Shown here piece after piece: positions 27,292-36,629 of a stretch of DNA of 45,968 nucleotides. The stretch is from assembly GCA_048615375.1 (NCBI GenBank), contig JBMCLJ010000001.1, positions 1 through 45,968 on the forward strand. Direction: 5' to 3'. Origin of the DNA: Candidatus Dojkabacteria bacterium. Its GTDB lineage: Bacteria > Patescibacteriota > Dojkabacteria > JAOAGR01. A program made the translations under genes and the position numbers. Under the pieces are notes generated by a model. That model did no database searches. It was not told the DNA's origin and saw only the letters and a list, made by a program, of their open reading frames with translations. How positions within the stretch are numbered: position 1 is the stretch's first letter; every line of letters begins with the position of its first letter.

Positions 27292-27598
27292 ATTCCTCGA
27301 CCGCGTTAGCCTTCTTCACAGCACGCTTGTCATATACAATCCCCGCCGCGATAGCGGTCAACCCGGCAGCAGCCATCGCCCCGGTAATCATGAGCGGCGA
27401 GATCGCGGCATCAGGAAGTGGTCCATCTTTCGGTCCATTTGTTGGGGCTGAAGTAGTTGTGGGCTGCGTGGTAGTGGTAGGTATGCTATCCGCATGAGCG
27501 GTAGTAGCGACCAGTACCAGAACGAGAGGAAGGGCGATAAATAAAGCGAGGAAATAGACGAAAACCTGTAATTTGCTATGAGCAGTCTCCTTTGACAT
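27284..27598 (-). CDS. Small secreted Thr/Pro-rich protein with C-terminal anchor
   Basis: Has a signal-like N-terminus, a TTTTQPTTTSAPT linker, then GPLPDAAISPLMITGAMAAAGLTAIAAGIVY followed by a basic tail. Confidence 0.5.
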   Translation of the reverse strand: MSKETAHSKLQVFVYFLALFIALPLVLVLVATTAHADSIPTTTTQPTTTSAPTNGPKDGPLPDAAISPLMITGAMAAAGLTAIAAGIVYDKRAVKKANAVEEYD

Positions 27599-27683
27599 AG
27601 TATCAGTGTAAGTATAATAATTTAAAATAGCAATAGGTAGTCTTGTACAATAAAACAGCCTGCCTCAATTCTTCCCCTACTCT

Positions 27684-28898
27684 CTAATCCTTATACGGAT
27701 CTGCCTCTCCTGCACCGGCCATGGCAACGCCAATGGGTCTTAGCCGATGAAGAATTTTGATCGTACCTTCATGACTCTGGAGTACCTCGTCAAGATTTTT
27801 ATACACTTCGGGTGCTTCGTCCGCAGCGCCACCTTTTATTAGCACTCCCTGATGCTTTAATTCTATGCGTACCCGGTCAAAATTAACTTTTCCTCCAGAA
27901 ATATGCACTTTTTTTCCTTTCTTCCACCTGCTTTTACCTGCTGCCTGTGTACGGGACATGATTCTACCCGCACCATGGACGGTAGAGTAAAGCGCTTTCT
28001 GCGAGAGCTCTGACTCTACCCCTTCAAGAATCACCGAAACGCCTCCCATCGAAGCCCCTACAAACCCCTGCTGCCCAGGAAAAGCAGGCGTACATCCTTT
28101 CCGTACCACCCAGTAAGTCTTGCCAAAGTGCTCTTCCTGCCAGGCAAAATTATGGTGGTTATGTACTGAAAATGTTTTCTTCGCGCCGAGAATTTTCAGG
28201 ACTTCATTGACGACAATATCCCTCCCCGCGTACGCGTATTCACCAGCTATCTCCATCGCGCTGATGTAGTCCTGTCCAAGTTGGGTTCGAACATCCAGCA
28301 GCACAGGTGGTGAGTCCATCTCACCATTCCCCTGCCCTCGTTCAAAATCCTTACCTTCTGCGAGTGAGAGGAACCCTGAAGCTGTTTTATGCCCAAATCC
28401 CCGCGAACCAAAGTGCACACCTGCCCAGATCCACCCATCATCATCCTCAAAGATATCCACGTAGTGATTTCCGCTCCCTACCGTTCCGAGCTGTTCTTCC
28501 GCGAGCTTGAGAAGCTGGCGTTGTGGCGCGAAAGGGGCTTGTTCAATTAAATTAAGCACTGGATGGTGTACGGGTTTTTTATTTTTTCGCCCGACACCAA
28601 AATTTATACGCTCCGCAATTTCCTCCATTACCTTCTTGATATCGATGTCTTTGCGTTGCAGGTTCGTCCTGACCGCCTTATTCCCGCAGCCAATATCGTA
28701 CCCCACCCCACTGGGCGAGACAAAGTGTTCATACGCTATAGCCGCGCCGATAGGCTGCGAGTACCCGGCATGATGATCCGCGCACAAAACCGCGTAATCT
28801 GCTTCCTGTGCGCACGTCATCAACTGCGCCAGAGCACGTTCATCTACAGATCCAAATGTTGTCACGAGTGGAGAAGCCATAGAGAAATTATAGCACAC
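27684..28898 (-). CDS. rtcB: RNA-splicing ligase RtcB
   Basis: The motifs GYDIGCGN, GSGNHYVD, VHNHHNFAW and HGAGR are present. The probable start is the internal MASPLV at 28880. Confidence 0.9.
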   Translation of the reverse strand: MCYNFSMASPLVTTFGSVDERALAQLMTCAQEADYAVLCADHHAGYSQPIGAAIAYEHFVSPSGVGYDIGCGNKAVRTNLQRKDIDIKKVMEEIAERINFGVGRKNKKPVHHPVLNLIEQAPFAPQRQLLKLAEEQLGTVGSGNHYVDIFEDDDGWIWAGVHFGSRGFGHKTASGFLSLAEGKDFERGQGNGEMDSPPVLLDVRTQLGQDYISAMEIAGEYAYAGRDIVVNEVLKILGAKKTFSVHNHHNFAWQEEHFGKTYWVVRKGCTPAFPGQQGFVGASMGGVSVILEGVESELSQKALYSTVHGAGRIMSRTQAAGKSRWKKGKKVHISGGKVNFDRVRIELKHQGVLIKGGAADEAPEVYKNLDEVLQSHEGTIKILHRLRPIGVAMAGAGEADPYKD

Positions 28899-28942
28899 CC
28901 GATGTCGTAGGGAACACTAATCATTGTTCCTGGTCAATATCA

Positions 28943-30415
28943 GTGTACGAAACCATCTGCCCCAATTTGACATGGATAGTAATTCTGAATTATCATTGCT
29001 GTATGATTTTTAATAATCCTGAATTACTACTTCACTCTCCATGGTGGGAAGAGGGCTTCAGTATTGATGCTGATGTAAAGCTGCGGAGGCTTACAGCCAT
29101 GAAGTTTGTGTACTGTCATCCTTTACTTGATGAATATCCGTTTTCTCAGGATGCCATCCTTGTACTGCGAGGTCCACGCCAGATTGGGAAAAGTACCCTT
29201 ATCAAGCAGATTATCAGTAAATTACTTACAAACAGGATCCCGGGAAAGTCCATTTTATACCTGCCTTGCGACCGCATAGTCGATTTCAATAAGTTATATT
29301 CTATTATACTCGAATATATTCAAACACGGAGAATTGATGAGTCTGGAAGACTATACCTCTTTATCGATGAAATACCCTACGTGCCGCAGTGGCAACGAGC
29401 TATCAAGTCTCTGGCTGATACAGGTCTTCTTGATGGCACAACCGTATTAGTCACTGGGTCTAATGCCATTGATCTTAAGTTTTCTTCAGAGCGCCTCCCT
29501 GGGAGGACAGGCAGCTACTACCGCTTTGAAAAGCAGTTTTTACCACTTACCTTTAAAGAATTTTATAAATTGGTTAACCCTCAATGGGACGGATCGTATA
29601 AACCTTCGCAAGTGTATCTCTACAAAAAATACTTTCATGACTACCTTATCACTGGAGGCTTTCCAGCAGTCATAAATGAATACTACACGGAATGGTTTAT
29701 CTCCCCTTCAACCTACGAAACCTATATCAACTGGATTGAAGGAGATATCCATAAACTGGGCAGATCTGTAGAAATAATGTATGGAATTGTGAAATCAATT
29801 GATCGCCTGGCAGGGTCTCGTGCCAGCTATACGCAGATTGCAAAAGAAACTGGAGTCGCGTCACAACAGACAGTGCAGGAATATCTGGAAATACTACGTG
29901 ATTTGTTCATAACGTTTGAGTGTCCGTATCTTTCTCTTGAACAAAAACGAAGCAACTACAAAAAGAACAGAAAATTTTACTTTACCGATCCTTTTATTCA
30001 TAACGCTCTCATTGTAAAGGAACGGGGTTTTATGGATAACGGACATATGTACGTAGTGAAAAAACTTTTACAGGAAAAGCATATGGATTATCGCTTGGAG
30101 GAAACGGTTGGATGCAATATGTATAAAAAGTTTGACAAAATGTACTATGGGGATTTTAGCGGAGGGAAAGAAATTGACTTTGCAGGGATAAAAGCAGGTG
30201 AAACAAAGCTCTTTGAAGTAAAAAACTCAAAAGAAATTGACTTAAGTCGCTATAAAAGTATTCCGGCAGAATATGACAACATAACCATCATTTCCCAGGG
30301 AATCGAACAAGTGAAAGGCAGGTTTCATATCAAACATGCATTGAAATTTTTTCTCCAAGTAGACAAACACTGCTCACTAAATCAAACACAACAATACCTG
30401 CGAAAACACTCATAA
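28943..30415 (+). CDS. COG1373-type AAA ATPase with DUF4143-like C-terminal domain (second copy)
   Basis: The Walker A is GPRQIGKSTLI and the Walker B is LFIDEIPY. The probable start is the internal MIFNNPELL near 29003. The last 14 or so codons lie in a duplicated gene fragment. Confidence 0.75.
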   Translation: MYETICPNLTWIVILNYHCCMIFNNPELLLHSPWWEEGFSIDADVKLRRLTAMKFVYCHPLLDEYPFSQDAILVLRGPRQIGKSTLIKQIISKLLTNRIPGKSILYLPCDRIVDFNKLYSIILEYIQTRRIDESGRLYLFIDEIPYVPQWQRAIKSLADTGLLDGTTVLVTGSNAIDLKFSSERLPGRTGSYYRFEKQFLPLTFKEFYKLVNPQWDGSYKPSQVYLYKKYFHDYLITGGFPAVINEYYTEWFISPSTYETYINWIEGDIHKLGRSVEIMYGIVKSIDRLAGSRASYTQIAKETGVASQQTVQEYLEILRDLFITFECPYLSLEQKRSNYKKNRKFYFTDPFIHNALIVKERGFMDNGHMYVVKKLLQEKHMDYRLEETVGCNMYKKFDKMYYGDFSGGKEIDFAGIKAGETKLFEVKNSKEIDLSRYKSIPAEYDNITIISQGIEQVKGRFHIKHALKFFLQVDKHCSLNQTQQYLRKHS

Positions 30416-30488
30416 ATAAGAGAAATACCTCTCCAAACCTCTCTCGTGTAAGCTGATCAACCGTAACTTTGTTTTTATACTGTAAGAG
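30373..30488 (-). pseudogene. 116-bp duplicated internal fragment of the 34549..35262 membrane-protein gene
   Basis: About 93% identical to 34682-34797 in the same orientation. On the minus strand it would encode a segment similar to LQYKNKVTVDQLTRERFGEVFLLFMSVFAGIVVFG. Confidence 0.8.
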
Positions 30489-30518
30489 CTATTATACAGT
30501 ATAAGGGGTGCTGTCATA

Positions 30519-33500
30519 TCACCCCTTATACTTTTTCTTCATCATCGCGTACACGAATGTTGGGAACACCGTCAGTGTGAGAAAAGTTGACGCGGTCATA
30601 CCAAGCACAATAGACCAGCCTAATCCTGCCCATACAGGGTCACTGACTAATGTTAATGAACCAAGGATAGTAGTCATAGCTGTCAGAACAATCGGCCGGA
30701 GTCTTGTTGCAGCGGCGTTAATCAGCGCTTCCTGAAAGTTCTGACCGTCTTTTTGAAGCTGATTCAGATATTCAACCATAATTATCGCGTTATTTACTAC
30801 AATTCCTGCAAGTGCTATAACACCTATCATCGAAGTCGCATTAAAGTACAGATCAGTAATCTGATATAACAGCGCGTACCCTGGCATAACACCAATCAAA
30901 CCGAGTGCGACGGTTCCTAAAATTAATAACGCGAGCTTGTATGACCGGAATTGAGCTACCAAAATTGCGTAAATCAAAAAAATACCTACCAGCATTGCCA
31001 AACCGAGATCCCGAAACACATCCAGCGTCAGCTCCCATTCCCCATCCCAACTCACACTGTACCTGAATCCAGTGTCAAGATCTTCATATTCAGCTCCATA
31101 TAGTCCAAAGCCTACTCTCCTGGAGTTTTCTGTCCATGGTAATGAGTAGTTCCACATCTCCTGGAGAATATCTATTGCCGCGTAAGTAACACTACGCTCG
31201 CCCATCTCAGCCTGGACAGAATACGCTATATCGTTATTTTCACTGTGGATCACATTATCTCTATAAACATACTCCAGTGTAACAACATCACCAAGTCTCA
31301 CCTGCTTATCTGCACGTACTTTATACACTTCGCCTTCAATCTGTGTCTTTGTAGTTGGAACGTAATTGATTGTAAGATCCTTAAGTCGTTCAATATCCTG
31401 TTCGTACTCTTTTGGGAAAGTAACAAAAACATTCTCACGTTCTTTATCGACTGTCTCACGATATAATGTAGCGACTCTACCATTAAGTGCAATATCAAGG
31501 TTATGGATAATATCCGATGTATTGAGCCCCATATTCCCTGCTTTCTCAAGTTCTACGTTAAAAGAGATAGTCTGAACTGGCTCAGCAACTGTGGTATCTA
31601 TATCCATGACTCCTTCGGTATTTTGAAATATCCCTTCAAAATCCTGTGCAATTAATTTGAGTTTTTCTCTGTTTTCATCTGTTATATTTTCACGATTCTG
31701 ACCTTTAACAGTAACCATAGCAGTTGATCGAACAGGTGGTCCCGGCGCATCTTCCACGATAGTCAGCTTGGCATCCTTAAACATGTCGATAGATTCCTGT
31801 AGCTCTGGACGTAGATCCAGCGCGACCTCTTCTGACTTGTTTGCACGATTTTCGTAGAGATTTATTTTAATTGTAGCCTGATTTTTGCCTGTCCTTCCAG
31901 AAACTCCCCGGAACATACCATTAAAATCAGTAATCGGGGATGCTGCTATGAAGGTCTGTACACTTGCTACATCCTCGTGTTCAAGTATTTTGTCCTCAAT
32001 ACGTTTTGACTTTTCCAGAGTATCTCCCAGGGCTGTGTCATCTGAATAGTCAATGTATACATACATCTTTTCTTTATCGTCTTTTGGCAACATTCTGAAC
32101 TTTACTGCTTGTACAGCAGGAAGAGAAACAGCAAGAAGGACCAGTAGAATACTCCCTGACATGACTGATCTTCGGAGAACTTTCCGGGAGATAATTGCAG
32201 TAAGGAAACGTTTGTAGGATTCATAAAACCTGGTACTTCTGGACGGTTCTGAAGCATGAGCCCTTGACTGTTTTTCTTCTACTTTCGACTTCACAAGCCT
32301 GGAAATCAGAAATGGATTCAATGAATAAGCTATTACAAGGCTTCCAATAAGCGCGACAGGAACAAAGAATGGTATTGGCCCCATATATGGCCCCATCATT
32401 CCTGTAACAAATGCCATGGGGAAAAAAGCCAGCAAGGTGGTTGCGGTAGCGAGAAGCAACCCGGTACCAACTTCCCCGACTGCTTTGGCGACAGCGAGGT
32501 GCCTGTCGGCCTTTCGCATAGAAATATGTCGCACCGCGTTTTCAACGATCACGGTTGCATTATCAACAAGCAGACCCAGACTCAGGATTAATGCGAAGAG
32601 TGTGATTCTATTAATAGTTTCACCGGAAATGAGAGCAATGCCAAAAACTACAGAAATCGTTAACGGGATAGCCATTGCCGCGGTTAGAGCCGGCCTCCAC
32701 CCAAGAAATAGAAAGAGTATAATCGCGACAATTCCTATTGCCAGGAATAGACTTATGGTGAGATCCTGAATTTCTTTATTTGCTACCTCTCCATCGTTTC
32801 GAACAGTTTGCATCACAATATCCTCAGGCAAATTCAACTCTTCCGCTCTTTGCAATATCGCATTGGATACCACTGCTATGTTAGAACCCTCTTCTTTAGC
32901 TAGAGAAATGTACACAACATTATGCTCTCCATAGTCTTTATCTTTATAACGGATATAACGCTTCTGCTCCACAGCGGTATGCTCTACTGTAGCGATATCT
33001 TTCAATAGAACAGGCTTACCAGCAACCTTGGTTATGACTACATTGCGAGCTTCTTCTTCATTCTCAAATAGCGCATTGACTTCAACGACACTTCGAGCCT
33101 CATCATCGCCTGGCTCTTTTATAAATTCATCGGAAACAAAGTATCTATAACTATTTTGCCCTACTTTACCCACGACAATTCCTGGATCAATCTTGAATTG
33201 AGTAAGTTTATCTGGATCGAGCGTTATTTTTAGCTCTTTCTGTATACCCCCATGTATCTGAACGTTCGTTACCTGTGGTACTTTTTTCAATACTTCCGCG
33301 TAGTCAACGGCGTATTCACGCATTGTGACAAGAGAATTCTGATCGCTTAGTAACGCGAGTGTCACGATAGGAACGTCATCCGGATCCTGGGCCAGTATAG
33401 TAATTCGCTCGACTTTATTTACTACGCCTGGGACATCGTTCCTCAGCTCATCAACTTTTTGACGAAGCTTGATATTTGACTCTTCTTCATCTTCTCCTAC

Positions 33501-33866
33501 ATAGTAGTTCACTGTAATTACAGCACTGCCACCTTCTGTGGTAGTACTCATAACATCTTCTACCGTGGGTATATCCAGGATTCCATCCTCAAACACCCGG
33601 GTAATCCTGTCATAAAATTCAGCACTCTCCGCACTTGGGGCTTCAAGGAATACCTGGTACGAAGGTGCTGTAATTTTCGGATCATACTGTTTTGGCGTAA
33701 GAATGAACGATACAATTCCCCAGATAAAGATTGTAACAATCAGCAATATGCTTAACTGAGAATTTTTTATAAAGAAATGAGCAATTTTTCCTGCCCAGTT
33801 CAGTTGTTCTACCGTATTGTTTGGGTGAGATTTCTTATTCATTGATGTGCCTGGTTTATTTAACAA
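30519..33866 (-). CDS. RND-family efflux transporter permease (AcrB/CzcA-like)
   Basis: 1115 aa with the 12-TM, two-large-loop architecture. The conserved TM4 region is LSLGLLVDNATVIVEN. No adaptor or outer-membrane component lies adjacent. Confidence 0.9.
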   Translation of the reverse strand: MLNKPGTSMNKKSHPNNTVEQLNWAGKIAHFFIKNSQLSILLIVTIFIWGIVSFILTPKQYDPKITAPSYQVFLEAPSAESAEFYDRITRVFEDGILDIPTVEDVMSTTTEGGSAVITVNYYVGEDEEESNIKLRQKVDELRNDVPGVVNKVERITILAQDPDDVPIVTLALLSDQNSLVTMREYAVDYAEVLKKVPQVTNVQIHGGIQKELKITLDPDKLTQFKIDPGIVVGKVGQNSYRYFVSDEFIKEPGDDEARSVVEVNALFENEEEARNVVITKVAGKPVLLKDIATVEHTAVEQKRYIRYKDKDYGEHNVVYISLAKEEGSNIAVVSNAILQRAEELNLPEDIVMQTVRNDGEVANKEIQDLTISLFLAIGIVAIILFLFLGWRPALTAAMAIPLTISVVFGIALISGETINRITLFALILSLGLLVDNATVIVENAVRHISMRKADRHLAVAKAVGEVGTGLLLATATTLLAFFPMAFVTGMMGPYMGPIPFFVPVALIGSLVIAYSLNPFLISRLVKSKVEEKQSRAHASEPSRSTRFYESYKRFLTAIISRKVLRRSVMSGSILLVLLAVSLPAVQAVKFRMLPKDDKEKMYVYIDYSDDTALGDTLEKSKRIEDKILEHEDVASVQTFIAASPITDFNGMFRGVSGRTGKNQATIKINLYENRANKSEEVALDLRPELQESIDMFKDAKLTIVEDAPGPPVRSTAMVTVKGQNRENITDENREKLKLIAQDFEGIFQNTEGVMDIDTTVAEPVQTISFNVELEKAGNMGLNTSDIIHNLDIALNGRVATLYRETVDKERENVFVTFPKEYEQDIERLKDLTINYVPTTKTQIEGEVYKVRADKQVRLGDVVTLEYVYRDNVIHSENNDIAYSVQAEMGERSVTYAAIDILQEMWNYSLPWTENSRRVGFGLYGAEYEDLDTGFRYSVSWDGEWELTLDVFRDLGLAMLVGIFLIYAILVAQFRSYKLALLILGTVALGLIGVMPGYALLYQITDLYFNATSMIGVIALAGIVVNNAIIMVEYLNQLQKDGQNFQEALINAAATRLRPIVLTAMTTILGSLTLVSDPVWAGLGWSIVLGMTASTFLTLTVFPTFVYAMMKKKYKG

Positions 33867-34068
33867 ATAACTTTTGGATAATCCATGCCATTGGACAAAA
33901 TCCAGTTAACGCGGTAACGAGCAATCCAAAGGCTACGAGTATGCACAGCGCGACAAATAACGGGCTCACAAGAAATGCCAGCACGACGCCGGAAAGAACC
34001 ATGCTACTCGCGATAAATAAAGATATTCTGAACGCTTGATTGAGTGTGTATCTTTCTTCCATACACAC
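33856..34068 (-). CDS. DUF2892 (YgaP-like) small membrane protein
   Basis: 70 aa with two TM helices, ending in LTGFCPMAWIIQKLF, which is typical of DUF2892. It overlaps the RND start by 11 nt. Confidence 0.55.
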   Translation of the reverse strand: MCMEERYTLNQAFRISLFIASSMVLSGVVLAFLVSPLFVALCILVAFGLLVTALTGFCPMAWIIQKLFVK

Positions 34069-34149
34069 GGATCGTACTAGATCATAGCGAATATTACAAT
34101 AGGGGGTATGGTATATTTCAAAATACTAAACATCCTTGTATAATGTGAT

Positions 34150-34407
34150 ATGGACAAGAAACCATTGATCAATAGACTCAACAGACTCCAGGGACAGATA
34201 GAAGCTATCAAGAAGAGTGTGGAGCAGGACGAACGTGACTGTATAAAAATTCTTTCACTCACGAAAGCGGTACAGGGAGCGATAAAGAACTTCGCGGAGG
34301 AATATATTACCCAGGATATGGAGTACTGTCTGACAAAAGATGAAATGAATCCAAGAGAACTGGAGAAAAAATTGAAAGCAGTCATTGAGTCATCATTTAA
34401 ATTATAA
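34150..34407 (+). CDS. CsoR/RcnR/FrmR-family (DUF156) sensing repressor
   Basis: LINRLNRLQGQIEAIKKSVEQDERDCIKILSLTKAVQGAIKNF fits the family. The sensor positions read C...D-x3-C rather than the C...H-x3-C of CsoR. Confidence 0.8.
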   Translation: MDKKPLINRLNRLQGQIEAIKKSVEQDERDCIKILSLTKAVQGAIKNFAEEYITQDMEYCLTKDEMNPRELEKKLKAVIESSFKL

Positions 34408-34548
34408 GACTGAGTCTGGTGCAGGAACAGTTATCGATGATCAGGTTACCTGGTTTAAAGGTTATTCATCTTATGGACAGCAAGAGTAAACACAAACTTT
34501 CAATTTGATTTGCATACAGTATTTTTAAATTCGTAGGACGATTACAAA

Positions 34549-35262
34549 CTATTGAAAGATCTTTACCTCCAATGCCGGAAATTTTTCCTTCACATATCCT
34601 AACCCTGCTCTTAATACTTCCACAATCACAATCCCCATAATCCTTACAATAACCAGACACAATGCAAATACTGCAGTATTTCTCACTACACCAAACACAA
34701 CAATACCTGCGAAAACACTCATAAATAAGAGAAATACCTCTCCAAACCTCTCTCTGGTTAGCTGATCAACGGTGACTTTGTTTTTATACTGTAAGAGTAC
34801 ATAGTTTACCAGGAGGTCAAGGAGATATACCCCCACGATTAGTGCAAGCGATATGTAACTAATACTAACCTTACTCCAGAAAGTTTCACCTTGCTCATAT
34901 ACCACAAGTGCAAGAAAACCAAGCAGCGCGGTAGTAATTCCCGCAAAAAGCACAAACTCAGCGACAAAACGTAGTAACTTCGCTACACACACATAGAATA
35001 AAATTCGAGTCCTCTGTTTTTTGTACTCCTCAGCAGACATTTTATTTGTAATCTGTTTCAGAAGCTCAGGGTGCAGCATGACTTTAAAAAAATGGAACAC
35101 CATGCCGATATAGATTTCCGCGATAAAATATGCCAGCATCTCCTCCCCACTCCACGAAAAAGCCAAAATCCCCACTAGCGGCACGCAAGCAAAAAACAAG
35201 GAGTTAAACAGGTTTTTGTAGTTGAAGTAGCGATTAAAGGACATGTGAAAGTTATTATACAA
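34549..35262 (-). CDS. Multi-pass membrane protein, unknown function
   Basis: 237 aa with at least five hydrophobic helices. It contains the master copy of the 116-bp repeat. Confidence 0.55.
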   Translation of the reverse strand: MYNNFHMSFNRYFNYKNLFNSLFFACVPLVGILAFSWSGEEMLAYFIAEIYIGMVFHFFKVMLHPELLKQITNKMSAEEYKKQRTRILFYVCVAKLLRFVAEFVLFAGITTALLGFLALVVYEQGETFWSKVSISYISLALIVGVYLLDLLVNYVLLQYKNKVTVDQLTRERFGEVFLLFMSVFAGIVVFGVVRNTAVFALCLVIVRIMGIVIVEVLRAGLGYVKEKFPALEVKIFQ

Positions 35263-35683
35263 TATTGGTTGGTGTCAATACATGCAGATAATTTACTACA
35301 GCAGCTTTGCGATGCATAATTACATACTATGAGTATATATCGGGAGCAGAATATCTCCATCCATCCACCATCCATCAAGTCATATTGAACCAATCCAATC
35401 ATCATTATAGTGGATGGGGTATAAACATTTCCAGCAAAAAGACATGCCAGAAGATAACATTCTCCCGGCAGTAATCATACTTCGACGAAGACTCATTACA
35501 ACAGCTAATGATAATCATAAAGCATAACCTTAAAAAAGGACTTGCAACATTTGCCTTTCTATATCATAATTCCCGTAGTTGAATGTGACAGTGTGTAAAT
35601 TTGACAATTCGCGAATGCACGTGCAGCGGTCTTTTATCAGCAATTTACATAATGACACATTAGCACAGTGACACATTCAATAT

Positions 35684-35755
35684 GGCTCCATAGTACAGCG
35701 GTTAGTACGCTGGGTTTTCATCCCAGTAACCGGGGTTCGAATCCCCGTGGAGTCA
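35684..35755 (+). tRNA. tRNA-Glu (anticodon UUC)
   Basis: 72 nt. The acceptor is GGCTCCA/TGGAGTC, the anticodon loop is TT-TTC-AT, and the T-loop is TTCGAAT. CCA is not encoded. Confidence 0.9.
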
Positions 35756-35893
35756 TTTTATGATATGTATTTCATGAAATAAACGACATATAATCTTCTA
35801 ATTTCTTCTCGTAGGTATAGTCCACTATTCCAGATTGTACTGCTATGTATAGGTTGCTTTAATTTAAATGGGTTTTATCCAATTGACAGCGCT

Positions 35894-36628
35894 GTGCTAA
35901 AGAAAGTTAGAGGTATTTTTGTGAATCCAATGCGTGAAATATTTGCAAATTTGCCTTTTTACATTACTTTCTCAGAATGGATTAAAAAGAGTGATAAATA
36001 CGATCGTGAAGAATCTTTTGCTAGAGCTTTTAAATTATTAGGAATTGATCAAGATAGATTGAGAGCAATCGAATTATTTAGAACTTTTAATAACTTTGAT
36101 AGGAAATTATTAAGCTTAAATTTAAAAGAGTTTAGCTCACTGCCTTCCAGTTATAAATCCGAGGGTAGTGAATACGCTAAATTATTCTTAAATTCTATAC
36201 CACAAATCTTTAAGGACTATGAAGGCTTACTCAAGCTGATTACAAAAGTTAAAAAAGGAGAAGCTATAACGAATGAGTTCTTTAGCAAGTTTGATTGGTT
36301 TCCTACTAAAATCGATATTCCAAGATATTTTAACGAGATAGTTGGGATTATAGAAAAAAGAATAGATTTAATTAGTTCATCTAAAAATAATATCATTTTC
36401 GTTGAAGCCAGTAAATTTAACGATGTGATGAGTGAAAAGTATAAAGGTAAACAAAGGTTAAATATATCTCAAGAGGATGAGAACGTGATATTAGATTTAA
36501 TCTCTTCGTTGATAAAAGAAGAGCAAAGATTGTTTGTGGAATATTTGAATACACAATCAGTATCTTTAGACGAGAAGTTTAAGAACATCTTCCGACGAAG
36601 GGTTATTAATAGATTCTCAATAAATTAA
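35894..36628 (+). CDS. Hypothetical protein
   Basis: 244-aa AT-rich ORF with a GTG start on the track; an internal ATG lies at about 35930. No motif recognised. Confidence 0.45.
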   Translation: MLKKVRGIFVNPMREIFANLPFYITFSEWIKKSDKYDREESFARAFKLLGIDQDRLRAIELFRTFNNFDRKLLSLNLKEFSSLPSSYKSEGSEYAKLFLNSIPQIFKDYEGLLKLITKVKKGEAITNEFFSKFDWFPTKIDIPRYFNEIVGIIEKRIDLISSSKNNIIFVEASKFNDVMSEKYKGKQRLNISQEDENVILDLISSLIKEEQRLFVEYLNTQSVSLDEKFKNIFRRRVINRFSIN

Positions 36629-36629
36629 T

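Noticed and set aside
25600-33000. Numerous 60-120-aa ORFs antisense to or nested in rbcL, rtcB, the RND permease, tlyA, the flavoprotein and the csoR-like gene. Examples are 26242..26601, 28563..28910, 32416..32769, 20533..20925 and 34077..34385.
   Set aside because: Each lies wholly inside a longer gene with strong family motifs on the other strand or in another frame. They are typical shadow ORFs.
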